NCBI RefSeq assembly: GCF_009914755.1
Contig: NC_060937.1
Source: the human T2T-CHM13v2.0 reference genome, Homo sapiens
Strand: one strand, 5' to 3'
Length of the DNA: 64,000 bases
Shown: piece after piece, positions 1 through 15,461 of the stretch
Layout of the letters: each line of letters opens with the position of its first letter
How positions within the stretch are numbered: position 1 is the stretch's first letter
Position numbers and translations under genes: made by a program
Notes under the pieces: model-generated
What the model was told of the DNA's origin: nothing
The model's database searches: none
The model's input: the letters and a program-made list of their open reading frames with translations, nothing else

Positions 1-47
1 GCCCAACTGGAAACAGCAATGCATTTTTCTAAGTTGCACAAGGGCCA

Positions 48-134
48 GCCTATTCGCCAAGACGTGTGCACTTGCAGAGAGGATGCCTCTTCTAGTTCAC
101 ACAAAAGCCCCTTGTGGGCTGGGGAGCAGCCCTG
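48..134. mobile_element. MER91-like (hAT-Tip100) non-autonomous DNA transposon fragment
   Basis: End ...ctagttcacacaaaagccccttgtgggctggggagcagccctg resembles the MER91 terminus as recalled. Confidence 0.5.
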
Positions 135-556
135 ATTCTTAAGGAATGTTCCAAGCAATCAAAAGGGATCTGGTTAAAGTCCTGAAACTGACCCATTCTT
201 CCTAATTTGAATCTTTTGTGGGAGGTGCCCTGTCTGCTTAAGTGTATTTCCCTAGGAAGAAAATACACAGCAGAGGCTTGAGAGATTTGGTGATATAATT
301 GACGTTTTATTCAGTATAGTGAGGTTAAAATCAATAATTTAAAAAATTATTCACAATTTGTCTGCTGGTCTTGTGCTGTAATATTCAACTCAGTTCACTC
401 TGGGTGAGAACTTGTAGATATTGGTGTAAGAACTTTAGTGGTTTCTCTCTTCTCTTATTTTTACAATTCCCTTTTGGCACTTAAAGGTGTTTGTCCCCCT
501 CCTGCTCCTACATTTTTCTGTGTCTGTGGTAGGAGTCACTCCTCAACGTCACTCAA

Positions 557-617
557 GGTCATGGACGATAGTGTAAAGAGGTATCGTAGGGTCATGGACC
601 ATCGTGTAAAAGGGTAT
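557..617. repeat. Two-copy diverged tandem repeat, period about 33 bp
   Basis: ggtcatggacgatagtgtaaagaggtat at 557 vs ggtcatggaccatcgtgtaaaagggtat at 590. Confidence 0.85.
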
Positions 618-1759
618 TAGAATCTCTGTTTCTTCGTGCTATCCCAGGCTTCCCAGCATTTTGTGCTCCTGTAGCTGCTGGCTTTCACGGTTTCTTAATA
701 ATCTCGTTTTCTTCACAATCAGCAAATTACAGATAGTCTAGACTTCTTATCAAGACATTCTGCGTGGAGCTCCCAATCTTTCACTTTTCAGATCGTCCCC
801 TAGGGCCCCTTCTTAGTCATTTACACCTACTATCTTGCTGGTGTTTTTTTTTTTACTTCAAGTGGGCTGAGTCTGAGAAGAGTGCAATTTTAGTCTGCCT
901 GAAAAATTCTATTTGGAAGGAGGCCCTGAAAGTGCCACATGCGTGCCTCAAATTAATATATTTCAATTGTAGCTGAGCAGCAGTTGTTAAATGGTCTTTT
1001 GTAAACAGCCTTTTAAACATTCTTTATAAAGTTAAAGAAAATGTTAAAGTCTGCACCACTCCATGCCCAATTTTCTATTTAGTATTTCTCGGGGATATTA
1101 ATTTGAAAACCAAGAAAGCAAAATCCTTGACCGAGCCTATATGGTTAGAGCCTTGACTCAGGCAGAGCCTACCTACCACTGCCAAATTACTTCTTTCGCA
1201 TCAACATGCACTTCAAATATAGTTTTAAAAATAGGAAAGTACTACTTACTTGCATGCAATTTTAGTGTGTTGTGAACTGTAAGATCAAAGATTATTGTAA
1301 GTTGATTTGCTTATTTGCAAAGAATACTTTTTTGTTCTAAAGGTAACCCTTATAATTAATTACTTAAGTAAGAATAAATTAAATACATTACTTATTTATC
1401 TTAAATGGTTTTCTTGTAACTCAAGGAGCGATTCTTTACAATAGCCAATATGTTGTCATCTCAGATGCCCTCTAAGATACATAACTACTAATCACTTAAA
1501 AATGTAGTCTAAAGGCAATTTGGCAAATTAAAAAAAAATACACATGTGTGCATGCACACACACATTTTATGGCCTTAGCCATTATTATGAGGATCATTAT
1601 AGGACTTGAATTGCCAATAAAGATTGTAGGGAAGAACTGTAAGCCTGTGATGTAATGCAGTCTACTCACTTGGCATACTAACCTATAAAAGTGGATTTTT
1701 CTGTGTAAGGAACACATGGATGTATTCATGTTGCTATATGGAACACTAACTGAAAGTTC

Positions 1760-2070
1760 CCTCCACTCTCGCCCCCAAACCTCCTTCCGTATTATCTGTC
1801 CTGACCTTTTTCTCTGTAGGTATGGAGATATTTATGTATACAAACAAATCAAGGATTTTAGATAAATGCCATCATGCTGTGCAGAGCCTTCTGCAACTCA
1901 TTTCACCTGACAGTGTATTCTGGAGACCATTCCCAGTTACTATGTATAGACCCAGGGCATGCCATTTCACAGGGGGGTTTCCTGCAATCTATTCAGCCAT
2001 TCCCTGCACTGATAAACATTCCACTTCTCTCCAGTTTCAACCCCCAAAAGCCTTGTGGAATAACAGCTTT
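1760..2070 (-). mobile_element. Old L1 (L1ME-like) 3' region fragment
   Basis: Degenerate similarity to antisense L1M 3' UTR (cagccattccctgcactgataaacattcc...). Confidence 0.4.
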
Positions 2071-2839
2071 CTCACTAGCCCATAAATATTCCACCCAAAT
2101 GATATTGATCTAATTAGACCATTTTTACCACAGTTCCTTGAACATAACACATGCTTACGTATTTTTATTTATACAACAACAAGTTATTTGTTGCTGACAA
2201 ATCTTAATTAATGCTTGTTGAGTGTGCCGCATAAAATTCAAGCCAAAATAACTATTGGTTTGAGGGATTTAAAAACTAGGAACAAAATTATGCAATACAT
2301 GGTTTCATGTTAGCCCTATTAATAGGTAAAACTGAAAATACTACAACCTGTGCCTCCATCCTCCCTGCAGCTGCCTTAATTTAGTACTGTTTTCTGGGTT
2401 GATTACAAAAACCGCTAGTTTCACTTCCTTGACCATCTCCGCTGTAGCTAGGATACGATTTCTGAAACATACGTCTGATCAATTCCAGTGTCTGGCACAA
2501 TGTCTGGAATGGAGGTGCTTGAAAATGCTGGCAATGAAAGAGTGATGAATGCTGCTGCTTCCTGCAGCCCCTTCCCAGGCTCCCTGTGCCTTCTGATGAA
2601 ATGCCCATCTCCGTCCCGTCACCTGCCCCTCTGCGATCTGGGTTCCAACTGTCACCAGCCTCCTCTGCCACTGTATCCTCCTTACTTTATTTGTAATCAG
2701 TGTTACTCAAGTATGATTGATGTACAGCAAGATAAACACTTTTTAAGTGTTCCATTCTATGAATTAAAACTGGGTTTTTATCATTAGAAACACACTGAGG
2801 ATTTTGTCTGTCTCCCATAGACGGTGACCAGAATGTCTC

Positions 2840-3003
2840 AGAGAGCTCTGGAGACAAACAGATGGTGGTGATGGTTGCACAAGGCTGGGCACTGGAACTG
2901 CAGTGCAAGTGTGAACATGGGACCACACACTTAAAAATGGCTATGGTGGCAGACTTTGTTATCTATATTGTACAATCATTTTAAGATGCTAAAAAAAAAA
3001 AAA
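2840..3003 (+). mobile_element. L1MB-like 3' end with A-tail
   Basis: ctctggagac...gatggtggtgatggttgcacaa...cacacttaaaaatggctatggtggcagactttgttat followed by a poly-A run. Confidence 0.65.
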
Positions 3004-4482
3004 GAGAAAAATGTCACAAACACTTGGCTGCTTTCATCGCCTTGAGAGAGACAAAAATGTATAAGGACAGATTGTATGCTTTGGCGAGCTTATTGAAGGT
3101 TTGAAAAACAAATTTTACCCATAGTTTTGTTTTGCATTAAACTAATTAAATGCTATGTTTCATGGTCGTGGCCAGATGGACCATATTTCTCAGAAGGTAA
3201 AATCCTGTTGTTGTCTAGAATGCTCAGAGCTTCAGAGCCTTGCAGGGCAGCCAGCTGGGAGTGGGGTTGGGGTGGGTGGGGCAGGGGGGCGGTGTGTATT
3301 CCCTGTGTGTCTGCACTGGGGGTGGGAATGGGATGAAATTAGCAAAAGCAAGGAGATAGAGCAGGGTAAAGATATGTGAGTGACCAGGGAAGGGCATCTG
3401 AATGGCTCAGTCGGAGTAGTATTGCCATTGGAAGCTGGGATTCCTTTTTTTTTCTTCTCTTTTTGCAATAGTCAAATTACATAGTAAATGTGATTTAGGA
3501 AAATTTGTCTATCAATATGTAGGGCAGATGGCAAGCAGAGAACTTACATGTAATTTTGTAGTTTTAAGCCTGGGGCATAGATCATGCCATTATGTAACTA
3601 TCTCTCCATGTAATTTAGAAGCAGAAAGCAAAGACTGATTTTTAAAACTCTTTGATGTTGACAATGGGAGGAATTTGCCTTAAATGTAAAGATTAGGGGT
3701 AAAGAGGTTAGGAAAGGATTCCTATAAATTTTTGAAGTCTTGACTGACCTCTGTGTGGTATCTCCTAAGGAGAGGGATTGAATAAGTTCTTTAAAGCTCC
3801 TACACTATTTAACAAACTATGAGTTAGTTGTTCAGGGTTTTCTTAATAGAGTACAGTTTCAAAGCACAGCAGCATCAGCATTTTAAGCATGTATTAGGTG
3901 GCATATGCATTTGTTTGTGGACTTTCTGAACCTCTGGGAAAAGGTTATTTGGAATAGATAACATTTTTAGTGGCCATAAAATTCAAATAGAAAAATAATA
4001 GGGACATTACTTGAACTTAACCTATATTTCGAAAAATTATCATAGGGATCTCTTGTAAACTTTGGTATAACATAAGGAAGATATGCCAAATTATTTTTGA
4101 AATAGAGATGAGTCTGAAATCATAATGGTGATTAGTTGGTGGTTCCTAATACAAAGAATAACCATAACATATGTATATTGATGTGAAAAAGTGGATATTA
4201 TATACAGCTTGGAGTCTACTTATTTTTGGCAACACATACAAGAAATTTTAGTGTTTTCTTGGGGGTGATTAAACTGATAGGGGATAAAGGCCAGGAAATG
4301 AGATGCATATTTAGCAGGAAGGTCTGGAAATACTATCACTGAAATAGAAATAGATATTCTAAGACCACAGCAATTTGGGGACCAAATGAAACTGAACCGC
4401 AGAATTTAGTTGACAGCTGTTTAAAAATTTGTCAATATCTGACAAGCCTAAAACAAGCAAACAAACCTTTATTATACTGCAG

Positions 4483-4809
4483 CAGAGATTCCCAACCTTT
4501 CTGGCACCAGACACTGGTTTCAGGGAAGACAGTTTTTCCACAGAGGGCATGGCTTTGGGATGATTCAAGCACAGTACATTTATCATTAGATCCTCATAAG
4601 GAGCGTGCAAACTAGATCCCTTGCATGCGTGCTTTACAATAGGGTTCATACTCCTGTGAGAATCTAATGCTGCCACTGATCTGACAGGAGGCGGAGCTTA
4701 GGCAATATTGCCCGCTAGCCCTCCGCTCACCTCCTGCTATGTGGTCGGGTTTGCAACAGCCACCGACCAGCACCAGTCCAGTCCGTGGCCCAGGGGTTGG
4801 GGATCCCTG
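4483..4809. mobile_element. MER1B-like hAT-Charlie DNA transposon, full length
   Basis: Terminal inverted repeats cagagattcccaacc ... ggttggggatccctg; 8-bp TSD tactgcag (4475-4482) / tactacag (4810-4817). Confidence 0.85.
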
Positions 4810-4866
4810 TACTACAGGATATGAGAAAAGGCCTTACTGGCAGTTTGTTTTCTGTGTCTTCGAATT

Positions 4867-5167
<301 letters not shown>

Positions 5168-5343
5168 TCATGTATAAATTGCCATTTTAATCCAAAACGT
5201 TTTCAGTAGATGAATACTTTGATTTTTTAAAATTGTTTTGCAAACATATATTTCCTTTTGCTGTTTTACAGCTTTATTTTTTTCTGTTGGACCTGTGAGA
5301 GATTTTGTTTTATCATCAATTTTTTATTATTGTTTGAAAATAA

Positions 5344-5665
<322 letters not shown>

Positions 5666-6385
5666 TTCAAACATTGTTAGAAAAAAATCATATCTAAATT
5701 ACCCCTTCTTTCCATTATTATGTCATTAGCTTCTTGTTTGGGGAGCCTTAATTAAATATGTTAATGCACGGAGATGCTATGCACTTGGTCAACCCTATTA
5801 CAAATTGGTATCTATGTCCTACTAGTAACCCATGCTTCATTATAAATGATAAAAGAAGTCACTGGCTTTGGGCTGGATTTCATTTTAAATGTTAGAATCA
5901 ACAGAGAGTAGATGTTTTAAACCATGATCAAAATTTCATCCAGTGACTTTTCCCCTCTTGCATATAATGCATGACTTAACTATACCTCAAAACAATGTGT
6001 TTCGTTTGGGGGACACAAGAAATTTCATTACACGGTAAAAGATAAAATCCTAATAGCTAAGCTTTCCTCTTCTGTCCTGTGCATCTGCCTTGGCAGAGTT
6101 AGCTTTATGTTTCCTGTTACAGCTTTTATTTGAAGGAATAGATTGGCAGCTATGAGTGCGGTGTTAAAATGTTAATAAGTAAAAGGCAAATTTAAAAATA
6201 TCATTGACATATGGACCTTTCTGTAAAGGCTGTGGCTTCATCAAGTATGGAACCATCCATTTTCTATTAAAAGCTTTAATAAGTGTTGACCACCTACTCC
6301 AAGGCAGGCAGAATGCTGAGACTGAGGTACTGGGACATGCTGCACAGAGTTCCCCATCTAATACAGGTTGGGGAAGAGGTGAGTA

Positions 6386-7029
<644 letters not shown>

Positions 7030-7309
7030 TACAGCGTAAGTGCTCTGATGGCTGTGTGCACAAAGACCTCTGCATGCACAGGCCTGGTGCCAACCCCATC
7101 CCAAGAGCATCTGGGCTTACAGTCCATGATTACCTGGGTGGTCCCTATCTTGTGCTGACAATTGTTGAGTAATAACTGCAACTGTAATATGTTGGTGGGA
7201 AAACTACTTAGAGAAGTTTCCCATTGGACAATTGAAAAATGGGAATTAACTAGAAATGTAAACATTCTGAATTCTGCTTTCCTTGCCTCATGCATGCTCA
7301 TTCTCCAAG

Positions 7310-7575
7310 TCAAGAACTCTTGGGTCATGGGGACAAGAGGAACAGGACAGTCCCTCCTCTTGGAATCAAATAGAGAATGCAGATAAGAATTCCCACAATT
7401 ATAATATGGTGTGGTGGGGCTGGCTTAGAGGAAGACAGCTTGCAATGAGAACTGTTAGAAGTGGTGCTTTACAGGCGTGGTAGGGTAAGGGCCTCAGGAT
7501 CCCAGGATGAAACGAGTTAAGACCTGAAGGATGAGTAGCAGCTGATCAGGTGAAGGGGTGGGAGGAGAGGGTCAG
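7310..7575 (+). mobile_element. L2 fragment
   Basis: gacagtccctcctcttggaatc...gttaagacctgaaggatgagtagcagctgatcaggtgaagggg resembles L2; strand uncertain. Confidence 0.45.
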
Positions 7576-8594
7576 GGAATGTGCCAAAGAGAGCCCAGCA
7601 CCTGCCTTTCCCATCCATGTTCTCTGTCTGTTCCAGCTCTGTGATAAATGTCAGCAATTAGCCCAGCCCTTAGTACCTAACAGAGAAGAAATGCATTATG
7701 CTGCGGTTTTATATTTCAGTCGGAAGATGGCTGGAGAACTAGTTAAACACGTGCCTAGGAATGTTCTCTGAAAGGCCAGCTGGTTGCTGCTGGTTGATAG
7801 AGCTGGGAGTTTATTGGCAAAAGGTGGAGAGGGGGTGAGAGGACAGGGAAGAGGTAGGTATTAAGCCAGAGAAATACTAGCAGTCTGGAGGGATTCCCTA
7901 CAAGATACACAATCACTTTGAACTTTATAAAAATAGACTCTTACTGCCCTTTCCATGTGACAATCTATGCTTTTTTTATGATGTTTTTGCAGCTGCCCTA
8001 CCTAAAAGGATCATTATAAAGATCCAGCACTAAAAAAATGTTTTTAGGCATTGATGGTTTAAAAATGGAGTCTTTGGAACTCTATAAAATGTTTTAATCT
8101 CCTTGGAATAAAAAAAAAATGCAAGTCCAGAAACAGAGCCCATGCAAAGAACTTCCAGGGCTCACGTGAACTTTGAGAGGTCAGCCCTGTGCTGGAGCTG
8201 TGCTTCGTAGCCTGGGTGCACTCTCCCACCCTACCTGTTACTGTGGCAGAAGTGATGAGAATCCAGCCCACTTCACCTCACGAATTCCAATTTGCTTCCC
8301 TTCCTTAAAGGCCTCTTGCATTCAGAGACAGCACCCACATAGTTTAGTACTGATTGCAGGCAAGGGGTGAATGTTACTTTTATTTTTCCAAATTGGTTAT
8401 GACTTCCCTAAGGGCAAATAATCCATTGACTACATTTCAGTAGAGGCACACACGTAAGAATCTTTTGGACATTTTGGTTTTTGGGTTTTGTTTGTTTTTT
8501 TAGAATGTAAGAGAAGATTTCCTAAGTAACATATTATTTGTATTTCCTTTTAGGAAATGCTTTTCTTATCCAACTGAAATCTTTCCCGGTGTAA

Positions 8595-8935
<341 letters not shown>

Positions 8936-8937
8936 TA

Positions 8938-9262
<325 letters not shown>

Positions 9263-10503
9263 AATTTTGATTGAATTCTTTAAACACATTTCTACCTTAA
9301 TAGAACTTCTATTTTGGCTGAAATTCTCAAAGAGCCTTTCATTCTTATGTAGTTGACTTTACCAATTAGGTTTTTCCTTGCTAAGTTTTCTTTTCATTTT
9401 AGTTTGTGTTGCTCTCATTTTTTTCTTTCTGTTCTTTCTTTTGCCAGTAGAGACATAGTTGTCTAAAACTTTTGAAATCAGATTTCGTTTAAGTTTTAGA
9501 ACTACTTCTGTGACAATGTCTGAGCACAGAGCCACTGATCGTGCCTTTCTATTCATTTTTCTCTCTCTATACCCAAATAGCACCATTCTAACTGGATTTC
9601 AGTAATAACTGCTTTAGGGTGATAGAAAGCCCAAGATCAAGAATGGAGACTTCATGTATAGGCTGTAGAAAAGTCAGTGGGCCAACAGAAAGAGCACCTT
9701 CTGTAGCAAATGAGGAAGAAGATAAAGGAAGGAGGACACGGGAATTCGTGACGTATCACTACCATGATGGAAAATGATCCTCATGTTTGACAATCATACA
9801 TTTGCTTGTAGAGGATCAAGAGCAGGATATGTTCCCTTCTGCTCCTTTTCTCTAAGCTGGTCAGCCTTAGGTGTGAGATGTAGATTTTGACCCTCGGTTT
9901 TAAAACACCCTTATGTATGCAAGTAAAATGTAATTATTTATGAGAATGCAATTCGTCATTTTTTTTCTTGGACTTGGGAGTTTGTTGCCTTTTACCTTTA
10001 GTTGAAATAGCTTCTATTTAAAAGTATCACATCAGGAAACTCATCTCTCTTCTGGTAAATGTCTGTACTTTCAAGTGGTAAATAATCTCCATTGCGTTCT
10101 AACGATACATCTGAGCTGCGATATTGGTTTTCCAGCAGATGTCCTAAGAGTTTAGAATGCCCTTAACTTCTCAGTTCCAATGTCCTGGCAGATCAAGTGG
10201 ACTATTTAAAGATGGATCAAGAATAGGAGTGATATACACGCCTTCTTGCCTGGTTTTTCAAACAGAGAGAAGGCAAAGTAGATTCATCCTATTAAATACT
10301 ACATGTGCCTCAAGAGCATGTCAGTGAAATATTGATCAAAATATTGTCCTCTTTTACCCAGGAATTATAGGATGAAGTTTATTTTTATTCGTTTAATTAA
10401 ACTGCATGTTGTTTTAATAATCTTTTTTGTCAGTCCCTTGCCCATTTGAAAGTTGCTTTTCTTAACATGAACTGTTAACTAGAAGCTTTTACTTCCCTGT
10501 TAG

Positions 10504-11445
<942 letters not shown>

Positions 11446-11959
11446 TTAAAAAATGGGGATCAGTTTCATTTCCTTATTCAGCGTTGCTGCATGGACTTAT
11501 TTGCCTCTCCTCCTCACTTTGGTTACATGTGGGAAAAGTCAAGCAAAAACTTGGCCCAGGGGCCTCTGGTTCCATAACACCATTGGCCGGGCCTCTCTGC
11601 CTCAGGGCCTCTCCGGCATAGGTTTCCCATGGTTGGGGAGTCCTGGAAGTCCAGCTTTGGGGTCTGGGAACCAGGGAACCAGGGATCAGAAAGTCACTGG
11701 ACTCCAGGGACTATATCATAGTTTAAAGAAGGGCTTGAGTAAAATGTGACCAGAATAGCATTGACAGTAATCAAGCAAGACGATGGTAGAAGACGGAGGA
11801 GTTGGCCTGGTGACCAATGCCTGCCAGCCCTTTCTGCGCAGAAGAAATGCCAGGACCCACAGACATGGCTTTCCCTGGAACCACTCCTCTGTTGGTGGTC
11901 TCACTGGTGCCTGCCACTAGCAGAGAGCAGCATGGTTACAGGTGAGGCCCCGCACCCAG

Positions 11960-12145
11960 GCCAGCTGTGGGACCTAGTTTCCAGCTCAAGCCGTGAAAAC
12001 TTGGCTGCACCTCCTGACCCATCTCAGCCTCATTATCCTTTCCTGTAAAGTGAGGAAAATAGAAGTACATACATCAAAAAGTTTATGAGGGTGAAGTAAA
12101 ATCATACAGGACAACCTTTAGCAAAGTGCCGACCACAGAGTGAGC
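11960..12145 (+). mobile_element. MIR fragment
   Basis: tctcagcctcattatcctttcctgtaaagtgaggaaaatagaagtac...gcaaagtgccgaccacagagtgagc matches the MIR core. Confidence 0.6.
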
Positions 12146-12269
12146 CTTCCTCTTTGCCATTTGCAGTATTTTAAGGTATTTAACATCGATAGACCATACA
12201 ATTATGGCATTGTTAAGAGCTGGAAGCTCTTCTAGTCTGTTGTTCCCCAACCACAGGGTTTTCCTATAT

Positions 12270-12440
12270 GAGTTTACTTCATCCCCACAAACCTTCTGAT
12301 GCATGTCCTTCTGTTTTCCTCACTTTATAGAAGAAGACACTGAGGCCGAGAGGGGTTAGAAGGTGTGCCCACGTTTGCATGGCTTGAGCTAGAAGCCCTG
12401 TCTTCCAGGTGGCCTGGCTGCAACCCTCCTAATCCAGAAT
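12270..12440 (-). mobile_element. MIR fragment
   Basis: ctcactttatagaagaagacactgaggccgagaggggttagaaggtgtgcccacg is the antisense MIR core. Confidence 0.6.
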
Positions 12441-13242
12441 CTTCCCCACAACAGCATGGCAGTCACTGATGCTCTCCTGGAAACCTTCTGGGGAAGGGGC
12501 TAAGTCTTCCCTTGCTCTACCTTAAAGACAGCTCTACCTTAAACATGGCTGTTATATATTGCAACTATATATCATTACCATAGAGCAAAATCACCATGAT
12601 TACATCTGTTAGATTAACTCTTGAGTGGGCTTGCTTCCTGTTTGTGCATTCAGAATAATTGGTGCGCTAAGAATCAATTGTATTTCAGCAGTGTGGTCAC
12701 CAGTTTACAACTGAGAAATCATTCTCTGCACATCATCTGTGGCCTCATCTTCTCCCCTGACCCAAATTGGTATTTATAGATTTCATTAATTAGCCTAGAA
12801 TCCCAGAAGCTCATATGCTTTGCTTGAGTTACATGAAGAGCAGGTAAATGAAACATGAAAACTGATGTACTTGTTTCTTTAAAACTCATGCCCCAGGGTG
12901 TTGAGAAACTCAGATTCTAAACAGAAATAGTGAACGCTGGTTGAATTGAGGATGGATGTGTGGTCCATGGTATTTCAAAATCATAGATATATAGATCTTT
13001 TAAATGACAATAATGTTAACTGTGTCAATGCTTGGAAATAATGGAATTATGCTTGGAATTAAGTTAAAATTCAGTATAAAATAATAGCATATGCAGTCAC
13101 TACAATTTGTAAAATATTAAGGATCAGAAGACAAAACACAATAATGTAATTAACTTGTTTCGAATTTTGTAAAATGATTTTATTGCAAAGTTAGCTAAAA
13201 ATAAAACTCTAGTGTTTAAACAAAACAAAACCAAAAAACCCC

Positions 13243-15405
13243 ACTACTGATAAACAACCTCAGCAAAGTCTCAGGATATAAATTCATTGTACAAAAATCA
13301 CTAGCATTCCTATACACCAACAACAGTCAAGTCAAGAGTCAAATCGGGAAAACAATGTCATTCACAAATGCCACAAAAAGAATTAAGTACTTAGGTAACT
13401 AGGGAGGTGAAAGGCCTCTACAGTGAGAAATACAAAACGCTGCTCAAAAAAATCAGAGATGACACAAACAAATGGAAAAACATTCCATGTTCATGGATAG
13501 GAAGAATCAGTAAAATGGCCATAGTGCCCAAAGCAATTTATAGATTCTATGCTATTCCTGTCAAACGACAAGTGACATTCTTCATAGTACTAGAAAAAAC
13601 TTTTAAAATTCATATGAAACAAAAAGAAATGAGCCCCAATAGCCAAGGCAATCCTAAGCAAAAAGAGCGAAGCTGGATGCATCAGTGTTACCTGACTTCA
13701 AACTATGCTGCAGGGCTACAGTAACCCAAACAGCATGGTACTGGTACAAAAACAGGCACAAAGACCAAGGGAACAGAATAGAGAACCCAGAAATAAGACC
13801 ACATACCTACAACCATCTGATCTTCCACAAAGCTGGCAAAAGAAATGGAGAAAGGACTCACTATTCTATAAATGGTGCTGGGATAACTGGTTAGTCATAT
13901 GCAGAAGATTGAAACTGTACCATTCCTTACATCATATACAAAAATCAACTCAAGATGGATTAAAGATTTAAATGTAAAACCCAAAGCTATAAAAACCCTG
14001 AAAGATAACCCAGGCAATACCATTCTGGACATAGGAATGGGTAAAGATTTCATGATGAAGATGGCAAAAGCAATTGCAACAAAAGCAAAAATTGACAAAT
14101 GGGATCTAACTAAACTAAAGACCTCTGCACAGCAAAAGAACCTATCTACAGAGTAAATAGACAACCTACAGAACAGGAAAAAATGTTTGCAAACTATATA
14201 GGTCCAAAGGTCTAATATCTAGCATCTATAAGGAACTTAGACAAATTTACAGGAAAAAAAGAACAACCCCATTAAAAAGTGGGTAGGCTGGGCGCAGTGG
14301 CTCATGCTTGTAATTCCAGCACTTTGGGAGGCAGGCAGATTGCTTGAGCCCAGGAGTTTGAGACCAGCCTGGGAAACATGGCAAAACCCTGTCTCTATAG
14401 AAAAAAAAAAAAAGTCCAAAAATTAGCTGGGCATGGTGGTGCATGCCCATAGTCCCAGCCACTTGGGAGGCTGAGGTGGGAGGATCGCTTGAGCCTGAGA
14501 GGTTGAGGTGTGGTGAGCTGTGATTGCAACATTGTACTCCAGCCTGGGCAACAAAGTGAGACCTTGTCTCAAAAAAAAAAAAAAAATAAGCAAAGAACAT
14601 AAACAGACACTTTTCAAAAGAAGACATACACAGTGGCCAACAAGCTTACAAAATAAAGCTCAACATCACAGATCATTAGAGAAATGAAAAATCAAAATGA
14701 CAGTGAAATACCATCTGACACCAGTCAGAATGGCTATTATTAAAAAGTCAAAAAATAACAGATGTTGGCGAGGTGGTGGAGAAAAAGGAATGCTTATACA
14801 CTGTTGGTGGGAGTGTAATTAGTTCAACCATTGTGGAAAAACAGTGTGATGATTTCCCAAAGACCTAAAAACAGAACCACCATTTGGCCAACCAATCCCA
14901 TTACTGGATGGATACATACCCAAAGGAATATAAATCATTCTGTTATAAAGACATATGCATGCATATGTTCATTGCAGCACAATTCACAATAGCAAAGGCA
15001 TGGAATCAACCCAAATGCCCATCAATGATAGACTGGATAAAGAAAATGTGGTACATATACACCATGGGATACTATGCAGCCATAAAGAGAACGAGATCAT
15101 GTCCTTTGCAAGACCATGGATGGAGCTGGAGGCCATTATCGTTGGCAAACTAACATAGGAACAGAAAACTAAATACCACATGTTCTCAGTTAGCAGGAGC
15201 TAAATGATAAGAACATACAGACACAAAGAAGGGAATAACACACACTGGGGCCTATTGGAGGGTGGAGGATGGGAGTAGGGAGAGGATCAGGAAAAATAAC
15301 TAATGGGTACTAGGCTTAATACCTGGGTGATATAATCTGTACAACAAACCACCATGACACAAGTTTACCTATGTAACAAACCTGCACATGTATCCCCGAA
15401 CTTAA
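13243..15405 (+). mobile_element. L1PA (about PA13-16) 5'-truncated element: degraded ORF2 C-terminus plus 3' UTR, interrupted by AluJ
   Basis: ORF track gives L1 ORF2 peptides ([13 protein letters not shown]; [10 protein letters not shown]; [12 protein letters not shown]; WNQPKCPSMIDWIKKMWYIYTM) split by frameshifts; typical 3' end ...aaacctgcacatgtatccccgaacttaaa. Confidence 0.93.
14286..14586 (+). mobile_element. AluJ inserted in L1PA
   Basis: gcttgagcccaggagtttgagaccagcctggg (J-type); L1 sequence resumes after the A-tail. Confidence 0.88.
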
Positions 15406-15412
15406 ACACACA

Positions 15413-15459
<47 letters not shown>
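15406..15459. repeat. (CA)n microsatellite at the L1 3' terminus
   Basis: About 27 AC units with one interruption. Confidence 0.97.

Positions 15460-15461
<2 letters not shown>

Noticed and set aside
12514-12543. 17-bp-period doublet gctctaccttaaa
   Set aside because: Ordinary small slippage duplication with no further structure.
13407-15181. L1 ORF2-like ORFs as a functional gene
   Set aside because: Fragmented by frameshifts and an Alu insertion, and 5'-truncated; a dead retrotransposon.
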